DNA from: Verrucomicrobiia bacterium
GTDB taxonomy: Bacteria; Verrucomicrobiota; Verrucomicrobiia; Limisphaerales; UBA1319
Reading direction: 5' to 3'
DNA length: 64,000 nucleotides
NCBI GenBank assembly: GCA_963664225.1
Contig: OY760937.1
Location: 4,288,001-4,352,000, forward strand
The notes beneath the pieces were generated by a model. The model was not told where the DNA came from, did no database searches, and was given only the letters and a program-made list of their open reading frames with translations. Positions 60,383 to 64,000 of the stretch are shown piece after piece (the stretch's first letter is position 1; each line of letters starts with the position of its first letter). A program made the translations under genes and the position numbers.

Positions 60383-60639
60383 ACTCTGACATGGCCTTTT
60401 GACAAGGCGGGATGAGAAGAAAGGCTGTTGTCAACGGCCCATTTTTTTCATCCAGATGAACTGGGGAAATGGTAATGCACCGTGGCGCAAAGTCAACGTT
60501 TCTCGCGCATGGGCGGGGGGGCACGTCAGAATTCTTTGGAACGCCAATTAATGACAGTGGAGAGGGACTGCTGTCTTCGGAGCGCCGGTCTCCTGACCGG
60601 CTTAAGGTGTTCTTAAATCCGACGTTTTCAAATGCGTCG

Positions 60640-61020
60640 CATGTCCTCACGCAGCCTCCCGGTTCCAGCGGCAGCTACCATGTTCGATCATGTGATTCTG
60701 CAGTCGCGGGGCGACCATTGACGGTAGCCCTGGGTTTCAACCCATGGAAAGGATTTCACCCCCGCGTTTAGCATATTTCCCGCTGCCTTTTCGTCGCGTC
60801 GCGACAGTTGAATATCGGGCATCGCTCTGAATTGCAAAATTCCACCTGCCGGTGCCACCCATCCTCGGGGCTACCCGGGACCGCCGTCCCCATCGGAATC
60901 CCCAACGCTGTAGGCGTTGAATCAAACTCACTCCCGCACCTCTCCAAATCGGTTCGCACTGCCAGGACATTTGCGGGTAGGAGGGCGTGCAGTCCTCTGC
61001 GCGCCGCCGACAATCCCACG
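60640..61020 (+). repeat. ~350-bp composite palindromic repeat, copy A
   Basis: Matches ~62845-63220 at an offset of ~2202 nt; contains GTAGCCCTGGGTTTCAACCCATGG, GTCGCGTCGCGAC, AACGCTGTAGGCGTT and GGCGTGCAGTCCTCTGCGCGCC. Confidence 0.85.
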
Positions 61021-61461
61021 CGGCGGCATCTCTCAAACACCCTCCACCCCGCGACTTTCGAAACTTCAATTTCTTCCATTGTCCATTAATCCCTTTCCCC
61101 ATCGGTGTCATCCGTGCAATCCGTGGTTGAAAATCCCCCTTCGAGCTCTTTGATCTTCCAAGTAACAAATCTATAACAATTAGCGGCAATGCATTTTATA
61201 AAAGCGCTAAAAATCACAAAACGGCCTCCGATTCAGCCGGGTTGATTCACCGAACAGTCCCCCGCAGGGCCGGACCTGCCCTGTGCAGGCAAATCCAATA
61301 ATTGGTTAAAAACGAACTTGTCTTTCTGCTTGTTTGTGTCAGGATCGCCACCAATCCAATGTGCAACCTGTTGTGGGTGAAAACCCACTTGGACCGTTGT
61401 TTAAAACAACCTGAGTCATTGCAATGACTGCTTGCGGGATCGTAACGGATGGGAGAACCAA

Positions 61462-62607
61462 ATGAAACCTACCGAAATTCTTTTCGTGAGTTGGCTGTCC
61501 TTCATGGCTTTGGCGTCGGGATGCCCCGCTTTGGCGCAAAGCGTAAGTCTCGAGATCGAGGCCGTTGACTCATCGCCGCACTTGACCATCCACAGCGATC
61601 TGGGAGTGACCAATGTGATCGAATATACAGAGGCGTTGGCGACCAACCAATGGCATGCATTGACCAATCTCATGGTGAACATCAATCCCTATGTGGTGGT
61701 GGACGTGGGAGGATCAGTCGCCCAGCGATTTTATCGGGTGGTGATTCCCGACAACACGAATGCTCCAGCCGGGATGGTCCTGATTCCAGCGGGTTCGTAC
61801 ACCATGGGGGATGCAATCGAGGGGGGATCTGGTGACGAACAGCCGACGCACCCGGTTTATGTCAGCCGGTTTTTTATGGACAGGAACAAAGTCACCAAAG
61901 CGCTATGGGACGAGGTCTATACTTGGGCCACGTTACATGGATACAGCTTTGAGAATGCCGGTTTGGGCAAGGCCGCCAATCACCCGGTGCAGACGGTGAG
62001 TTGGCACGACATGGTCAAGTGGTGCAATGCGCGGAGCGAGAAGGAGGGGCGGGTGGTGGCTTATTACACCGATGCGGCGCAGACAACGATTTATCGCACA
62101 GGCCAGGTGGATCTGCAAAACGATTGGGTGAAGTGGAATGCAGGCTATCGTCTGCCGACGGAGGCGGAGTGGGAAAAGGCCGCAAGGGGTGGAACCACCG
62201 GACACCGATTTTATTGGGGGGACACGATCACTCACAGCCAGGCGAATTATCAAAGCGACGCTTCGTGGGCCTATGACATCAGTCCGACGCGCGGTTTTCA
62301 TCCAAGCTACGACAACGATCCGATGCCTTACACGAGTCCGGTGGGATCCTTTGCCCCCAATGGGTATGGGCTTTATGACATGGCGGGCAATGTGTGGGAT
62401 CGCTGCTGGGACTGGTGGGGTTCGTATTCGAGCGGATCACAAACCGACCCACGTGGACCCACATCGGGATCGATTCACGTTTTCCGTGGAGGCAGTTGGA
62501 TCAACTTCGGCAGCGGCTGCCGGCTTTCGCGCCGCCCCAACAGTTGGCCGGGCAACGTGGTCAATAACAGCGCGATTGGGTTCCGTTGCGCCCTCGGTCG
62601 GCCTTGA
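61462..62607 (+). CDS. Secreted FGE-sulfatase (SUMF1 / C-lectin fold) domain protein
   Basis: Signal peptide; MVLIPAGSYTMG, HPVQTVSW, YRLPTEAEWEKAARGG, PNGYGLYDMAGNVW, RGGSW...IGFR. Confidence 0.88.
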   Translation: MKPTEILFVSWLSFMALASGCPALAQSVSLEIEAVDSSPHLTIHSDLGVTNVIEYTEALATNQWHALTNLMVNINPYVVVDVGGSVAQRFYRVVIPDNTNAPAGMVLIPAGSYTMGDAIEGGSGDEQPTHPVYVSRFFMDRNKVTKALWDEVYTWATLHGYSFENAGLGKAANHPVQTVSWHDMVKWCNARSEKEGRVVAYYTDAAQTTIYRTGQVDLQNDWVKWNAGYRLPTEAEWEKAARGGTTGHRFYWGDTITHSQANYQSDASWAYDISPTRGFHPSYDNDPMPYTSPVGSFAPNGYGLYDMAGNVWDRCWDWWGSYSSGSQTDPRGPTSGSIHVFRGGSWINFGSGCRLSRRPNSWPGNVVNNSAIGFRCALGRP

Positions 62608-62629
62608 GCGGTCCGAAACAGACAGGCGG

Positions 62630-63790
62630 ATTCCGCAGTCGCGGAGAATATGTAAACACGATTCTTGATGTAAGAAATAGGCCATCTTGCGCCGCAGCGA
62701 AATGTAGGCCGCGTGCCCTCACGCGGCGTCCGGGTCCCAGCGGCGGCGACCATGTTCAAACGTGCAATTCCCGGTCGCGGAGAATATGTGAATGCGATTT
62801 TTGATGAACGAAATGGGCCATCTTGCGTCGCAACGAAATGTAGGCCGCGTGCCCTCACGCGGCGTCCGGGTCCCTGCGGACCGTATTCAAACATGCGATT
62901 CCCGGTCGCGGAGCGACCATTGACGGTAGCCATGGGTTTCAACCCATGGAAAGGATTTCACCCCCGCGTTTAGCATATTTCCCGCTGCCTTTTCGTCGCG
63001 TCGCGACGCTTGAATTATGGGCATCCCTCTGAATTGCAAAATTCCACCTGCCGGTGCCACCCATCTCCGGGCTACCCGGGACCGCCGTCCCCATCGGAAT
63101 CCCCAACGCTGTAGGCGTTGAATCAAACTCACTCCCGCACCTCTCCAAATCGGTTCGCGACCACCGCGACCTTCGTGGTAGGAGGGAGTGCAGTCCTCTG
63201 CGCGCCGCCGACAATCCCGCGCGCCGTCAGCGCAGCTTGCCAATCTGCGAACCGTTTCAAACTCACAGTCCCGGCAGGAATCGCAAAACCTTTTCCATGT
63301 AGCGCAGACATCTTGTCTGCCGTATCGCGGATTTCCAATCCGCCAGCCTTCTCAAAAATCCAGGGCACCAAACAAAATTCTCCGGTTCGCGACCGGCATT
63401 CCCTTTCCGCGGCAGGGCGTGCAGTCCTCTGCGCGCCGCCGACAATCCCGCGCGCCGTCACCGCGGATTTCCAATCCGCCAGCCTTCTCAAAAATCCAGG
63501 GCACCAAACAAACTTCTCCGATTCGCGACCGCCATTCCCTTTCCGTGGTAGGTCGTGCAGTCCTCTGCGCGCCGTTGGGAGTATCACATTGTAGGCCCGG
63601 GTGCCCCCACCCGGCGTCCGGAGAACGACCACACTCAACCGAATAACCCAATCGCGCGATTCCTCTCCCTGCGCCAGCGGGAGGGTGGGTCAACCCGGAA
63701 CGGGTTGCATCACTCAGCCCCGGGTCGCGAGGCACGAGCCACCCGGGGTCCCCGTCTCCAAGATTCGCCTACGCTGTAAGCGTTGAATCA
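62630..63790 (+). repeat. Mosaic of REP-like palindromes: 136-bp tandem units, copy B of the composite repeat and further units
   Basis: GTAGGCCGCGTGCCCTCACGCGGC at 62704 and 62840; CGCGGATTTCCAATCCGCCAGCCTTCTCAAAAATCCAGGGCACCAAACAAA at 63326 and 63462; GTAG-led hairpins at 62926, 63178, 63299, 63548, 63591. Confidence 0.85.
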
Positions 63791-64000
63791 AAGCCATGGG
63801 ACGTGCAACCCGCAGCCAATGGTCAATCCATTTGGCGGTCCTGGCCGGACTGGCACGGAGCGGTGGCGTAAGAAAGCGCATCGAGGAAGCGCCAGTCCTC
63901 CGCTGTTTCAAGGCGTAGCTCTTTCAAGTGGAATCGAAACCTCTGATGTCTTGCGCGAGGGGAGGGAATGGTTCGGTCTATTCAATCCTTCAAACATGAA

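Noticed and set aside
61462..62607. Catalytic formylglycine-generating enzyme
   Set aside because: The catalytic Cys pair that follows RGGS in true FGE is not present, and no sulfatase gene is nearby.
60306..64000. tRNA-anchored genomic island or prophage
   Set aside because: The repeat-rich region lies upstream of the tRNA 5' end; no duplicated tRNA 3' end and no integrase are visible.

Overview
GC-rich bacterial chromosome segment. The gene set (two prepilin/H-X9-DG proteins, a Minf_1886-type protein, PEP-CTERM proteins, a HEAT-repeat plus TAT-oxidoreductase pair) suggests a PVC-superphylum organism, probably Verrucomicrobiota (inference). The backbone is mostly housekeeping and metabolic: thiH, larB/larC, a SNF2 helicase, leuS, cinA, rbsK, nadE, rsmE-dnaJ-grpE-glgA-serS and tRNA-Arg(UCG). 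A ~14 kb respiratory operon encodes alternative complex III, with ActC and ActD fused in one ORF, followed directly by a cbb3-type oxidase and a CcoI-like ATPase. An octaheme HAO-family cytochrome lies elsewhere in the window. The mobile and repeat layer is the most unusual part. (1) A 164-bp MITE occurs twice, each copy with a 3-bp TNA target duplication. (2) A complete group II intron sits exactly between the right end of one MITE copy and its target duplication, and its exon-binding sites are complementary to the MITE terminal repeat, so the intron appears to target MITE ends. (3) An IS3-family element is inserted in a tandem REP array. (4) A dense mosaic of several REP-like palindrome families flanks an FGE/C-lectin-fold gene whose 3' end resembles a DGR variable region. 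All calls come from reading motifs by eye; no database searches were run.
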